Assembly (NCBI RefSeq): GCF_009914755.1
Contig: NC_060937.1
From: the human T2T-CHM13v2.0 reference genome, Homo sapiens
Strand: one strand, 5' to 3'
DNA: 64,000 nt
The notes below the pieces were generated by a model. That model saw only the letters and a program-made list of their open reading frames with translations. It had not been told where the DNA came from and did no database searches. How positions within the stretch are numbered: position 1 is the first letter of the stretch; each line of letters opens with the position of its first letter. The translations under genes and the position numbers were made by a program. Shown here one piece after another: positions 1-14,105 of the stretch.

Positions 1-252
<252 letters not shown>

Positions 253-458
253 TAATTTTTAGAAGCATATTTACAGAGTTCATAGCTGGAACTGTACATT
301 GAAAATTGAGACCTTTGGAGGCTTGTGCAAGTTACTGAATTTGTGAAGAAGGTCTCATTTTCCTTTCTTCTTTCCAGAGTTGTTCCTTAGTCTCTTCAGC
401 TAGTCATGGCTACTACTGTTCTGCCCTCGTGAGCCGGTGTTTGTCTGCCGGGCCCGCC

Positions 459-730
459 TTGGTCACACAGTGAAGGCTCATTCCGTGTGGTGGCTTGGGT
501 GCGTCTGCACCATTTGGACACCAAGTCTGTGTTGGTCACACAGTGAAGGCTCATTCCGTGTGGTGGCTTGGGTGCGTCTGCACCATTTGGACACCAAGTC
601 TGTCTTGGTCTCACAGCGAAGGCTCATTCCGTGTGGTGGCTTGGGTGCGTCTGCACCATTTGGACATCAAGTCTGTGTTGGTCTCACAGAGAAGGCTCGT
701 TCTGTGCAGTGGCTTGGGTGGGTCTGCACA
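459..730. repeat. 73-bp minisatellite, about 3.7 copies
   Basis: ggtc(a/t)cacag unit starts at 461, 534, 607 and 680. Confidence 0.95.
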
Positions 731-1046
731 CGTGGAACACACCACGTGACCAGAGGGGCCTGAGTCAGGCCTACCTGGAGTAGCTCAGGGAAGCTGTAAA
801 GGTGAGAAGCAAAGGCTTCTCCATGTGTTTCTGGGACGCAGTGAAATTGGTGTGATTATCCAAGCCTGTCATCTTGTTTGCCATGTCACCTTTTTGTCAT
901 GAGATTTTTCAATAATTATATAAATAACAAGTAAGTCGTGGAAGTAAAAGGTGTTCTGATGATTTGCTCTACAACATTTTTAATCTTAAAATGCTTCAGT
1001 GTTCTCAAAGAGATTTTAAAGTCTATTCTTAAAAATGTAAAGTGCC

Positions 1047-1604
<558 letters not shown>

Positions 1605-1904
1605 TTATAGTTTAAAATCACTTGTGCATAAAAATACTACTTAATACCTTTTCCAAAGAGATGTTCTGAGCTCAGATGGCTCAGGATTCCGTGCACAGTC
1701 CCTGGAGCAACACTGCCTTGCTCACGCCCTGGCTCTGTGCTTAGCAGCTCCTCACCACGGGCAGGTGACTTATCCTCACAGTTCCTCAGTCCTGTCTTCC
1801 ATCAAGTAGGGGTGGTAGTAGTACCCACTGATGGAGTAGTCAGGAGGAATGAATGAGTTCCGATAGAAACATGCTTAGAACAATGTCCAGAACGTAATAA
1901 GTGA

Positions 1905-2430
1905 TGTGGAGGGAGGGGGGTGTCTGTATGCATGTGTATGTGTGCACGGGGAGGGAGTATCTGTGTGTGTGTGTGTAGGTAGGGTATATCTGTGTGCTTA
2001 CGTGGTATGTGTGTGTATGTATTCACGTGTATCTGCATGTATGTGTGGCGCACCTGTGGTGGGGGGGCATGTGTCTGCATGTGTGGTGTGTGTGTTTGTT
2101 CTGTGGTATGTCTGTGGGGGGGTATCCACGTGTGCGTATGTGGGGTATATCTGTGTGTTTGCATGTGTCTGCATGCATGTGCGTCTGCATGTATATCTGC
2201 ATGCATGTGTGGTGTGTGTGTGTGTATGAGAGCTATCATTGTATGGTTGTATATCTGCATGCATGTGTGGTGTGCGTGTTTGTTCTGTGGTATGTCTGTA
2301 GGGGGGTATCCACGTGTGCATATGTGGGGTATATCTGTGTGTTGCATGTGTCTGCGTGCATGTGTGTCTGCATGTACATCTGCATGCGTGTGTGGTGTGT
2401 ATGCGTGTAGGAGAGCTATCATTGTGTGGT
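1905..2430. repeat. TG/TGCA-rich low-complexity tract with an internal duplication of about 185 bp
   Basis: Degenerate (TG)n; the block gtttgttctgtggtatgtctgt...gagagctatcattgt occurs twice. Confidence 0.85.
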
Positions 2431-3154
2431 TGTCATTGTCACTGTCATCATCATTACCACTTCCCCGATCCTTCTTTTCATTCTCCCAATATCGTATTGC
2501 CAAACGTAAACTGCACCTGCTTGGGTTCGTATGGAGAGAGAAGCCAAATGGGAAGAATTAATTTATCCAGAAAGTTGTAGGTTGTGCCGCATATACAAAT
2601 ACATTCCAAGAATATCAGCCAGAAAATAAGGACAGTTGCAAAGTCTAGGGTGCCCTATGAAACTTAAAGTGGGATAGGACTGTAAGCTTGAGTGTGTTTT
2701 AAGCCAATATACTATACTTTATGTATGTAAATATTGTGCTTTAGATCTAATCTCCAGAGGCTACCTTTATTGCATTTCTTACAGCAATGAGTACAACTGA
2801 TCAAAAATTAGGAGACCTTTTTGAAACTTCTTTTGGAACCAGATTGAGGTTCTAGGACCTGTCTCGTGTGCTTTATTTCTTCCTTTCCAACCCGTATGCT
2901 TTTGGGTTTCTTCTTGCCTTATTGCACTGGCTGGAATGTCCAGTACTTTGTTGAAAAAGATTGTGTAAGAGGACATCTTTGCCTTGCTCTTGGGAAGCAT
3001 TCAGTCTCTCACCACTAGGTATGATGTTAGCTGTAGGTTTATTGTAGACTCTCTTTGTCAAGCTGAGGAAATTCCCATCTATTCCTAGTTTGCTGAGAGT
3101 TTTTATGATGAATGGGTGGTGGATTCTGTCGATTGCTTTTTCTAAACCAATTGA

Positions 3155-3772
<618 letters not shown>

Positions 3773-5187
3773 TTCTTTTTTAGCTAGTTGACATGATGGA
3801 TAACATTGATTTTTGGAAGTTGAACCAGCCTTGCATACCTGGGATAATTCCCCGTTGGTTTAGGTATATAATTATTTTTATACATTGCTGCCTTCAGTTT
3901 GCTAATTTATTGAGGATTTTGGGGTCTAACTTCATGAGAGATATTGGTGTGTAGTTCTCTCTTTTTTTTTTTGATACTCTTTGGGTTTTGGTAATAAAAG
4001 TCATACTAGGTTCACAAAATGTTTTGGGAAGTGTTCCTTTCTTTTTATTTTCTGGAAAACATTGTATAAAATTGATGTCAGTTCTTCCTTAATATTTGGT
4101 AGAATTCTGCAGTAAAACCCTCTGGGTCATGAGATTTCCTTTTGGGGAGTTTTCTTACAAATTTAATTTGCTTAATAGTCACAGTAGATATTCAGAATAT
4201 CTACTTCATATTGTTGAGTTGTGGTAGCTTAGCTTTTTGAGGAATTGTTCCACTCTGTCTCAGTTGTCAGATTTATATATACAGAGTTTTTGTGTTGTAT
4301 TCCTTTATCATTCTTTTGATGTCCACAGGGTCTGTAGTGATATCTTCTGTTTCATTGCTTATATTGATAACTTGCATCATCTTTGTCTAGGGATTTGGCA
4401 ATTGTATTAATCTTTCCAAAGAATTCGTTCCTTGTTTTATTGATTTTCTTTATTTTGTTGTTGTTTTCAATTTCATTAGTTTCTACCCTCACCTTCCTTC
4501 TTGCTTTGGGTTTATTTTACTTTTCTTTTTCTAGGTTCTTATGGTTTAACTTAGATTATTGATTTTAAACTTCTCATCTTTTCTACTGTAAGCATTTACT
4601 GCTGTAAATTTCCCTCTCAGCACTGTTTTAGCCGCATCTCATATTTTGATATGTTGTATTTTTATTTTCATTTTGTTCAATGAGTTTTAAAAATTTACTT
4701 TGATACTTCTTTGACTCATGGATTGTTTAGAAGTGTTGCTTAATTTCCATACATCTGGAGATTTTCCTGATGTCTTTCTGTTACTGATTTGTAGTTTGAG
4801 TCCACTGTGGCGCGAGAACATTTTGTATGATTTCAGTTCTTCTACATTTGTTGAGGTTTGTTTTATGGCCAGTGATACTGTCTGTGGTAAATGCTCCAAA
4901 GTCACTTGGGAGGAAAAAAAAGTGTATTCTGTTATTGTTGAGTGGAGTTTTTTTTAATATATGTCAGTCAGTTAACTGCGCTATTTCGTGTTCTTGCTGT
5001 AGTTGTATCAGTTGTTGAGGGAGATGGTATTGAAGTCCCCCGTTAGAATTGGATATTTGTCTGTTTCTCCTTTGAGTTCAATCAGCTTTTGCTCTATGTA
5101 TTTTGGGGCTCTTTTGTTTGGTACATACACATTTAGGATCATTTTGTCTTCCTGGTGAATTGATCTTGTTATCATTATGTAATATTT

Positions 5188-5494
<307 letters not shown>

Positions 5495-6375
5495 TAGTAA
5501 TTTTCCTTGCCGTGTAATTCACTTTATCTGATATTAAAATAATATTATTTTTTTTTTTGGTCAATGTCTGCAATGGTGTATCCTTTTCATACTTTTCCTT
5601 TCAACTTATGCCCTTGTATTTGAAGTGAGTTTCTTGTGGAGAACATATTGTTGGATGATTTTTTTAAATCCACTCAGCCAGTCTCTGTATTTTAATTGGT
5701 ATGTTTAGACCATTTACATATCAGGTAAATATTGATATGTTGCAACTTAAGTCTGCATTTTATTTGTTTTTTGTCTCGTTACTCTTTTTCTTTTACATCT
5801 CTGTGGGTTGACTGCGTGTTTTCAGGGATTCTGTTTAGGCTCATTTATAATGTTTTGAGTGTATTGCTCTGTGTGGTTTTCCTGGTTGCTCTGGGTATCA
5901 CAGTGGACACATGTAACTTATCACTGTTTGCTGGAATCCACGTTTTACCACTTCATGTGAAATGTAGAAGCCTTATTTCCACTTAGCTCCCTCCCCCTGC
6001 CCACATGTTAAATAGTCACGCGCTGCATAATGACATTTTGGTCAGTGATGGGCCACCTGTACAGCAGTGGTCGGGTGGGATTCTCTGGACCTGAACAATT
6101 CCTGTTGCCTAGTGAGGTTGCAGCCCTTGTAACGTCACAGGGCAGTGTAATGCCCCCATGCTTGTGGTGATGCTGGCACGAACAAACCTGCTGCACTGCC
6201 AATCATATAAAAGGCTCACACACCCAATTAGGCATGGTACGGAATACTTGATAACGACAATAAATCACTGTTACTGGTTTATGTATTTACTATACTTTTT
6301 ATCGTTAGAGTGTACTCCTTCTACTTATAAAGAGAAGTAGAACTGTCAAAACAGCCTCAGGCAGGTTCTTCAGGA

Positions 6376-6942
6376 GCTATTCTAGAACAAGCCATCATCA
6401 TCATAGGAGACGACAGCTCTGTGCCGGTTATTCTAGAACAAGCCATCGTCATCATAGCAGACGACAGCTCTGTGCCTGTTATTCTAGAACAAGCCATCGT
6501 CATCATAGGAGACGACAGCTCTGTGCCTGTTATTCTAGAACAAGCCATCGTCATCGTAGGAGACGACAGCTCTGTGCCGGTTATTCTAGAACAAGCCATC
6601 GTCGTCGTAGGAGAGGACAGCTCTGTGCCGGTTATTCTAGAACAAGCCATCGTCGTCGTAGGAGACGACAGCTCTGTGCCTGTTATTCTAGAACAAGCCA
6701 TCGTCGTCGTAGGAGACGACAGCTCTGTGCCGGTTATTCTAGAACAAGCCGTCGTCGTCGTAGGAGACGACAGCTCTGTGCCGGTTATTCTAGAACAAGC
6801 CGTCGTCGTCGTAGGAGACGACAGCTCTGTGCCGGTTATTCTAGAAGAAGCCGTCGTCGTCGTAGGAGACGACAGCTATGTGCCGGTTATTCTAGAACAA
6901 GCCGTCGTCGTCGTAGGAGACGACAGCTCTGTGCCGGTTATT
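6376..6942. repeat. 51-bp VNTR, 11 copies, inside Tigger3b
   Basis: tctaga recurs every 51 nt at 6381, 6432 ... 6891. Confidence 0.97.
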
Positions 6943-7280
6943 CCACCTGAAGACCTTGCAGTGGGACAGGATGCGGACGTGGAAGACAGCGACACTGATG
7001 GTCCTGACCCTGTGCGGGTTTAGGCTAATGTGTGTTTGTGTCTTAGTTTTTAACCAAAAAGTTTAAAAAGTTAAAAAAAATTAAAATAGAAAAAAACGTA
7101 TAGAATAAATAAGAAGAAAGAAAATATTTTTTGTACAGCCATACAGTTTCTGTTTTAAGTGTCATTACAAAAGAGTCAAAAAGTTTTTAAAAACCTTAAA
7201 GTTTATAAAGTTAAAAAGTTACAGTAAGTTAAGGTTAATACTGAAGAAAGAAAAATATTTTTAATAAACTCAGCACAGTT

Positions 7281-7562
7281 GGCCAGGTGTGGTGGCTCAC
7301 ACCTGTAATCCTAGTCTTTGGGAGGCCAAGGCGGGAGGATTGCTTGAGTTTAGGAGTTCAAGACCAGCCTGGGCAACATAGCAAGACCTCATCTCTACCA
7401 AAAAAAAAAAAATTAGCCAGGCGTGGTGGCGCACACCCATAGTCCCAGCTACTCTGGAGGCGAAGGCTGTAGGATTGCTTGAGCCTGGGAGATAAAGGCT
7501 GCAGTGAGCTGTGATCATACCGCTGCTCTCCAGCCTGGACAACACAGTGAGACACTGTCTCA
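7281..7562 (+). mobile_element. AluJ-like, inserted in Tigger3b
   Basis: ggccaggtgtggtggctcac head and AluJ-type gaggattgcttgag. Confidence 0.9.
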
Positions 7563-9534
7563 GTTTAGTGTAGCCTGAGTGTACAGCGCCTGTGGCGTCT
7601 GCCGTGGTTTACAGTAGTGTCCAAGGCTCTCACATTCACTCACCCTCACTCCCTGACTCACTCAGAGCAACCTCCAGTCCTGCAAGCGCCCTGTACAGGT
7701 GTGCCATTTTTACCTTTGATGCTATACTTTCAGTGTGTATTTTCTGTGTTTAGATATGCAAATACTTATCATTGTGTTACAGTTGGCTGCAGTATTAAGT
7801 GCAGTCACGTGCTGTGCAGGTGTGTGGTCCAGGAGCAGGAGGCAGTGCCAGGCGGCCTGGGTGGGTCTGGGTTTGTGTAAATGCACTCTGGAATGTCTGC
7901 ACAATGATGAAATTGCCTTATGATGCTTCTCAGAATGTGTCCCCATTGTGAAGTGGCACATGACTGTATAATTGTTGTCTTTTCTCTTCTTTTATTGAAT
8001 ACCACAGCAGATGGTGTTGTAATGTTTACTGCAGACATCAAATACGATTTTGAAAACTCAGGAGGAAAAGGATAATCTCTTCTTCTCATACCTGTTTTTA
8101 CCCATTCTGGTGTTCTTCTTTCCCTTCTGATGTTCCCATCTATCTTCTGTAATCATTTCCTCTCTGTGTAGAGAACTTTCTTTGGTCATTCTTTCATGGT
8201 TAATCTGCTGGCCACAAATTCTCTAAGTTTTTCTTCGTCTGGGAATGGCCTTTGTCCCCGCGTCACTCCGAGGGCATCTCACGGGATGTGGATTTCCAGG
8301 TGGTGGCTCTCCTCATCCAGTGCCTGGGAAGCGCGTGTCCCTGCCCCCGGCTTCTGTGTTCCAGCTATGAAACCTGCTGCTGTTTAGACTTGTGCTTCTC
8401 TCGAAGGAATGAGGGGTTTCTCTCTGGCAGCTTTCAAGGTTTTTTTCTCTGTCTTTAGTTTTCAGAAATTGTATTACCATACATCCTGGAGCAGATTTCT
8501 CTGGGTTTGTTCTATTTGGATTCAGTTGGCTTCTCGCATCTGTGGGTTTATGTCTCTTGGCTAACAGGAAGTTTTCAGCCATCATTTCCTCACATCCTTT
8601 TTCAGTCCACTTGTTCTCTCCTGCGATTGCGGAAACTTAGAAATCTGCTCTTTGGTTAGGGTCCTGCGGGTCTCTGAGGCCTTGACCGTCCTCGGTCCGT
8701 TTCTGTGTGTTCAGGCAGATGAATTCTGTCTGTCCTCGGGGTCACCGGTTCTGCCCTCTCTCGTCTCCACTCTGCCACTTAGCCCATCCCCAGAGATTTT
8801 TATTATGACTGTATTTTTTTAGTTGTATAATTTCCACTTACTTCTTTTATGTAGCCTTTATTTCTTGGCTGAGATTTTCTATTTTTTATTTGTTTACAGA
8901 GAGTGTTTGTGGCCTTTTGAAGCGTTTTAGTCATGGCTGCTTTAACACCCTCATCAGATAACTCCAGTATCCGTTCGTCTCGATGTGAAGTCTGGCGCTT
9001 GTCTTTTCTCCTTCAAGTTGTGATTTTCCCGATTCTTAATATGATGAGCGACTTTTCGTTGTATCCTGGGTGGTTCGTGTGTTTATTAGGAGGCTTTAAA
9101 CCAGTGACTCCCCTGGGGAGGGTGGTGTGAGGCCTGGCCAGGGGGTTCTGCTTCCTGCCAGGCCTCCAGCCCCACCCCGGCCCAAACAGCTGGCAAGCGC
9201 TTCCTCATGGCAGGCGGTGGGGTGGAAGAATTTTTTAGTATTTGCCTTTTGCCAGATCTTCTGTTACATCTTCCCTGCTGTCGGTAGCTCAGCCAGGCAG
9301 GCAGGAAAGTAGAAGGAATGAAGGGCTGTTTACCTGGGTTTTCCAGAGGTTCAGCCCAGGCTAGAGCCCCAGCTTGGCCATGCTCTGGCCGTGCAAGCCC
9401 TGGCAGCTTTCTGTGAATTGGGGAGGACGTGGGAACAGTGCCTACCTGGTGGACCGTGGGAAGACTGAAAGAGAAAACCAGGCAGGGCACTTAGTGCAGC
9501 CGCTGGTGGAGGCAGTGGTTAGAGTTCACTCGCT

Positions 9535-9601
9535 AGAGGGTCCTTGTGATAAGAGGGTCCTTATGATAAGAGGGTCCTTATGATAAGAGGGTCCTTATCA
9601 T
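9535..9601. repeat. 17-bp tandem repeat, about 4 copies (agagggtccttatgata)
   Basis: Direct reading of the sequence. Confidence 0.9.
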
Positions 9602-10143
9602 GGCCATTTTCCTTTGATCCAGATGTCTTTAAATATCAGAAAAATAACGCTTTTAGTCCCAACCGCCACATCGGAATCAGTTCTTATTCCTTCTGGCTAC
9701 AATGTCCAACATAAGTTGAACAACATAATTTGGACAACAGAAGGAAGGGTTGTCATGCTAGCCGGAGATGACTTCTAGTTAAGAGGTCTGAGCATTTTCC
9801 ACGCACAACCAGTTATTCTCAACGGAGGGCGGACTCTCCATACGAAACAAGCAGAGCCCTGGCAGAGACTGCAGGGCATTTGTAAAACTCAAACACCACG
9901 TTGATCTCACTGCCACGTTCTTTCCAGTTACACGCAGGTCTAACATGCTGGCATAAGACATTGTCTTAATCAGAACACTTTTAAAGCTTTTTTTTCCCTT
10001 TTTTCCAATTCAAAAAATTAATGCAGTACAGGTATTGATCCCACCGAAATTGTTCTAATTCAGTCATGACACTTCATGTTTACAAAGAGTTGATGACTTG
10101 GAAAAATACTCTGTAATGCTGTTAAACTTAAGAAACAGAATCG

Positions 10144-10505
<362 letters not shown>

Positions 10506-10519
10506 AAAAGAAACAGAAA

Positions 10520-11232
10520 CAGAGTCAGAATTGTAGACCACGTTCCTCCTGACGCTAACACAGAGCTCCCATTTGACCCAGCTGTTCGCTCCTCGGTATT
10601 TACCCGCAAGAAACAAAAACACACATCCACATTCAGACTGATACACGGTGGTGATGGGGGTACAACAGTGTGAATCCACCTGATACCACAGAGTTACACA
10701 CTCAGAAATGGTTAACATGGTACATTTTATTGTATGAGAGTTTCACCACAATGAAAAACTTGTACCTGAATGTTCAAGCAGCATTATTCGTATAGTTAAA
10801 AAGTATTAAGAACTCAAATGTCAATTAGATAACAGGTAGATATACAAAACATACTATATTCAGCAAAGGAATATTATTCAGCCATAATATAGAATGAACA
10901 TTGATTCATCCTATAGCACAGATGAAGCACGATGCTTCTGAAAGAACCGGACAAAAAGTCCACACGCTGTGTGATTCCATTCATACCAACGTCCAGACTA
11001 GGCCAGTCCGTACAGACAGGATGAATTACTGGTTGCCGGAGGGTGGGGAGGTTGGGGGAGATGGGGAGGAAGTGCTGATGGGTACAGGGTTTCTTTTTGG
11101 GATGATGAAAGTATTCTAACATGGATTGTGGTAATAGTTGTGTAATTTTGTGAATATGCTGGAAACCATTGAATTGTATACTTTAAATGGGTAAGTTGTA
11201 TGGTAAGTGAATTATATATCATAGCTGTTAAA
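10520..11232 (+). mobile_element. L1M (L1MB/ME-type) 3'-end fragments
   Basis: gcagcattattcgtatag, gattccattcata and gaattgtatactttaaatgggtaagttgtatggtaagtgaatta are typical of L1MB 3' UTRs. Confidence 0.7.
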
Positions 11233-12080
11233 AATATATACGATATTTTAATTAGACATAGAAGAACATGAATAGAGACTAGAAATATATATATGTATAT
11301 ATAACAAGGTGTTAATGATTTTCTACTAGTAGACTGGTAGATTTGTACTAAGTTTTTTCTACTATATATACTTTTCTGTAATTTAGGAAAACCTCCCTTT
11401 CAATTTTAATAACGAGGGAAAATTTATATTTAAAATATCAAAGAAATAAAATTAGTTGCAACATAATAGACTCTGCTTTCTTATTAAGCTTTATTCAGAA
11501 TTAACCTTGATCATTCCTAGAGGAAAGAACTCTTTCCCTCAAAATATTTCACAGGTAAAGAACAGAACACAGAAGGCTGTAATAAAGCAAAACAGATGTT
11601 TATGCCCATATTAAAGACAGAGGCTTATGTTTCTTATTTTATAAAGGTCTCCTATACCTTAATAAGAAAAATATGAATAACTGAGTTTGAAAACAGGTCA
11701 GCAGCAAAGCAGCTATTAGACTTGAGTAAAGTAGGAAACACCCACCCTCACACCAAAGAAGGGTGATGGCACCACCCGCCCATTAGACTGGGCACCATTA
11801 GAAGCTGGGTGGTGCCCAGGTTGGGAAGTGGGGTACCTTGGGCATCATTGTTGGGATGGGAATTGGAGCAACTTCCTGGCGGCCCACCAGACAGCACCTG
11901 TCATAGTGGGAGGCACCCGGCTCCCTTAGTGAGCACCCACTGCCACCATCAGTGGACCCACAGGCTCCTTGGTCACCGCAGCGCCCAAGAACCAGGATGG
12001 CCGTGGAGTCAGTGTGAGAACCGGGACAGCCCTTGCATCTGGCTGAGCAAATGATGGTGCGTCCCGCCAGGGAGCCCTTC

Positions 12081-12211
12081 CTCACCTGTCCGCTGGCCAG
12101 ACATGCTGATGGGAAGCTTGTCCACTCACCTGTCCGCGGGCCAGACGTGCTGATGGGAAGCTTGTCCACTCACCTGTCCGCAGGTCAGATGTGCTGATGG
12201 GAAGCTTGTCC
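12081..12211. repeat. 44-bp tandem repeat, 3 copies
   Basis: cacctgtccg at 12083, 12127 and 12171. Confidence 0.92.
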
Positions 12212-12239
12212 AAACACGCTGAGACAGTCAGAACAGCCG

Positions 12240-12581
12240 TGGACACGGCGCCCCGTATGTGCAGATCAAGAGCAGCACACGCGTGGACCTGCAGGTGGCA
12301 CGGCGCCCTGTACATACAGATCAAGAGCAGCATGCGTGTGGACCTGCAGGTGACACGGCGCCCCGTACGTGCAGATCAAGAGCAGCACACGCGTGGACCT
12401 GCAGGTGGCACGGCACCCCGTACATGCAGATCAAGAGCAGCACACGCGTGTGGACCTGCAGGTGGCACGGCGCCCCGTACGTGCAGATCAAGAGCAGCAC
12501 GCGTGTGGACCTGCAGGTGACATGGCGCCCCGTACATGCAGATCAAGAGCAGCACGCACGTGGACCTGCCGGTGGCACGGC
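12240..12581. repeat. 55-bp CpG-rich minisatellite, about 6 copies
   Basis: cagatcaagagcagca at 12262, 12317, 12372, 12427, 12484 and 12539. Confidence 0.95.
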
Positions 12582-13572
12582 GGCAAGCCGGAATCCTGAG
12601 AAACTTGTCACGGTGATTGTCTTTCAAAGAGGTCAGAGTTGAGCGCACTGTGGCTTCTGATTGGCATCTTTCTGAGCCCTCATCACTGTGCATTTAATGG
12701 ACACTGTGGGAGTCTTCTGGGAATTAGACCTAAATCCAAACCCTGGGGATGGTGGCTGTGGAGAGCTTGTGTAGCCGTTAGGGGCTTGGTCCTGGAGCCA
12801 GATACCTGAGTTGTCCCCAGCTCTCTGCACTGGGCGTGTGGCCTGGAGCAGATCACCTGGTCTCTGCCCCTGTTCTCATCTGTGACGTAGCAGTGGGGAT
12901 CGTACAGCTCTTACCAGGCTGCCATAATAGGTGGCACACAGTGCTCTGCACACAGTGCTCTAGGGGCTCAGGATGCAAGGGTGAGCTCAGCAGAGGACGT
13001 TCCCCATGTGGGGAGCTGCTGTTGTGTTTTGGAGAGGCAATGAATGAATGATGCACAAATGAGTGGTAGACAAGACATCCGCAGCAGGGAACCGCCCTGC
13101 GAATGATTCAAACAGGAAGAGGAGCTGGTGAGCAGCCGTGAGCCCCCAGACGCACAGGCTCTACCTTTGGAGATGTGGCTGGAATTTGAGGAATGCAGCT
13201 AAGCCTGTTGGGAGAAGAGTCTAGGGTAGGGACCTCCCAGGCAAGGGGCTCTGTGGCCTGTGTGGGTGGGCTGGGGCAGTGGAAGGGCATGGCAGGGCAG
13301 AGAAGCCTGGGTTCCATCCCAGCGTCCAGGAGCTGATTGAGGGTCCTGATGAGCTGTCTGGGCCTCTGTGTGGAGAGCAGATGGATCAGGAGGAGGCCAC
13401 TGGAGCTGTGGGGGAAGGGGTGGCAGCCCAGGCAGGGACCACGGTGCTGGGCCCAGGGCCAGACGTGGGCCTGGCAGTGTGGCAAAGCTGTCAGGAGTGC
13501 GGCAGGCCTGGTCTGCTTGGCCGTGAGTCTGTCTCCGTTCCTGCCAGGGCTGCAGAAAGGGGCCTCTCTCTG

Positions 13573-14105
13573 AGTCGCGGACTTGGGCCCTGCAGTGAGC
13601 TCTGAAGGACGCTGCCTCCCTCCTTCTAAGTCGCAGACGTGGGCCCTGCAGCGAGCTCTGAAGGACGCTGCCTCCCTCCTGAAGTCGCAGACGTGGGCCC
13701 TGCAGCGAGCTCTGAAGGACGCTGCCTCCCTCCTACTGAAGTCGCAGACGTGGGCCCTGCAGCGAGCTCTGAAGGACGCTGCCTCCCTCCTGAAGTCGCA
13801 GACGTGGGCCCTGCAGCGAGCTCTGAAGGACGCTGCCTCCCTCCTGAAGTCGCAGACGTGGGCCCTGCAGCGAGCTCTGAAGGACGCTGCCTCCCTCCTG
13901 AAGTCGCAGACGTGGGCCCTGCAGCGAGCTCTGAAGGACGCTGCCTCCCTCCTGAAGTCGCAGACGTGGGCCCTGCAGCGAGCTCTGAAGGACGCTGCCT
14001 CCCTCCTACTGAAGTCGCAGACGTGGGCCCTGCAGCGAGCTCTGAAGGACGCTGCCTCCCTCCTGAAGTTGCAGACGTGGGCCCTGCAGCGAGCTCTGAA
14101 TGATG
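13573..14105. repeat. 54/57-bp VNTR, about 10 copies
   Basis: Unit gaagtcgcagacgtgggccctgcagcgagctctgaaggacgctgcctccctcct, with an extra act in some units. Confidence 0.97.

Larger units (their letters stand above)
6012..7966 (+). mobile_element. Tigger3b/GOLEM-type (MER7) TcMar-Tigger DNA transposon containing a VNTR and an Alu
   Basis: Ends tagtcacgcgctgcataatgac... and ...gtggcacatgactg(ta) form degenerate TIRs. Internal ttactggtttatgtatttactatac and acagcctcaggcagg match the Tigger3 consensus as I recall it. Confidence 0.85.

Noticed and set aside
1802-2561. His/Thr- and Cys/Val-rich ORFs (also 18719-19605 and 37659-38508)
   Set aside because: Translations of TG/CA low-complexity DNA.
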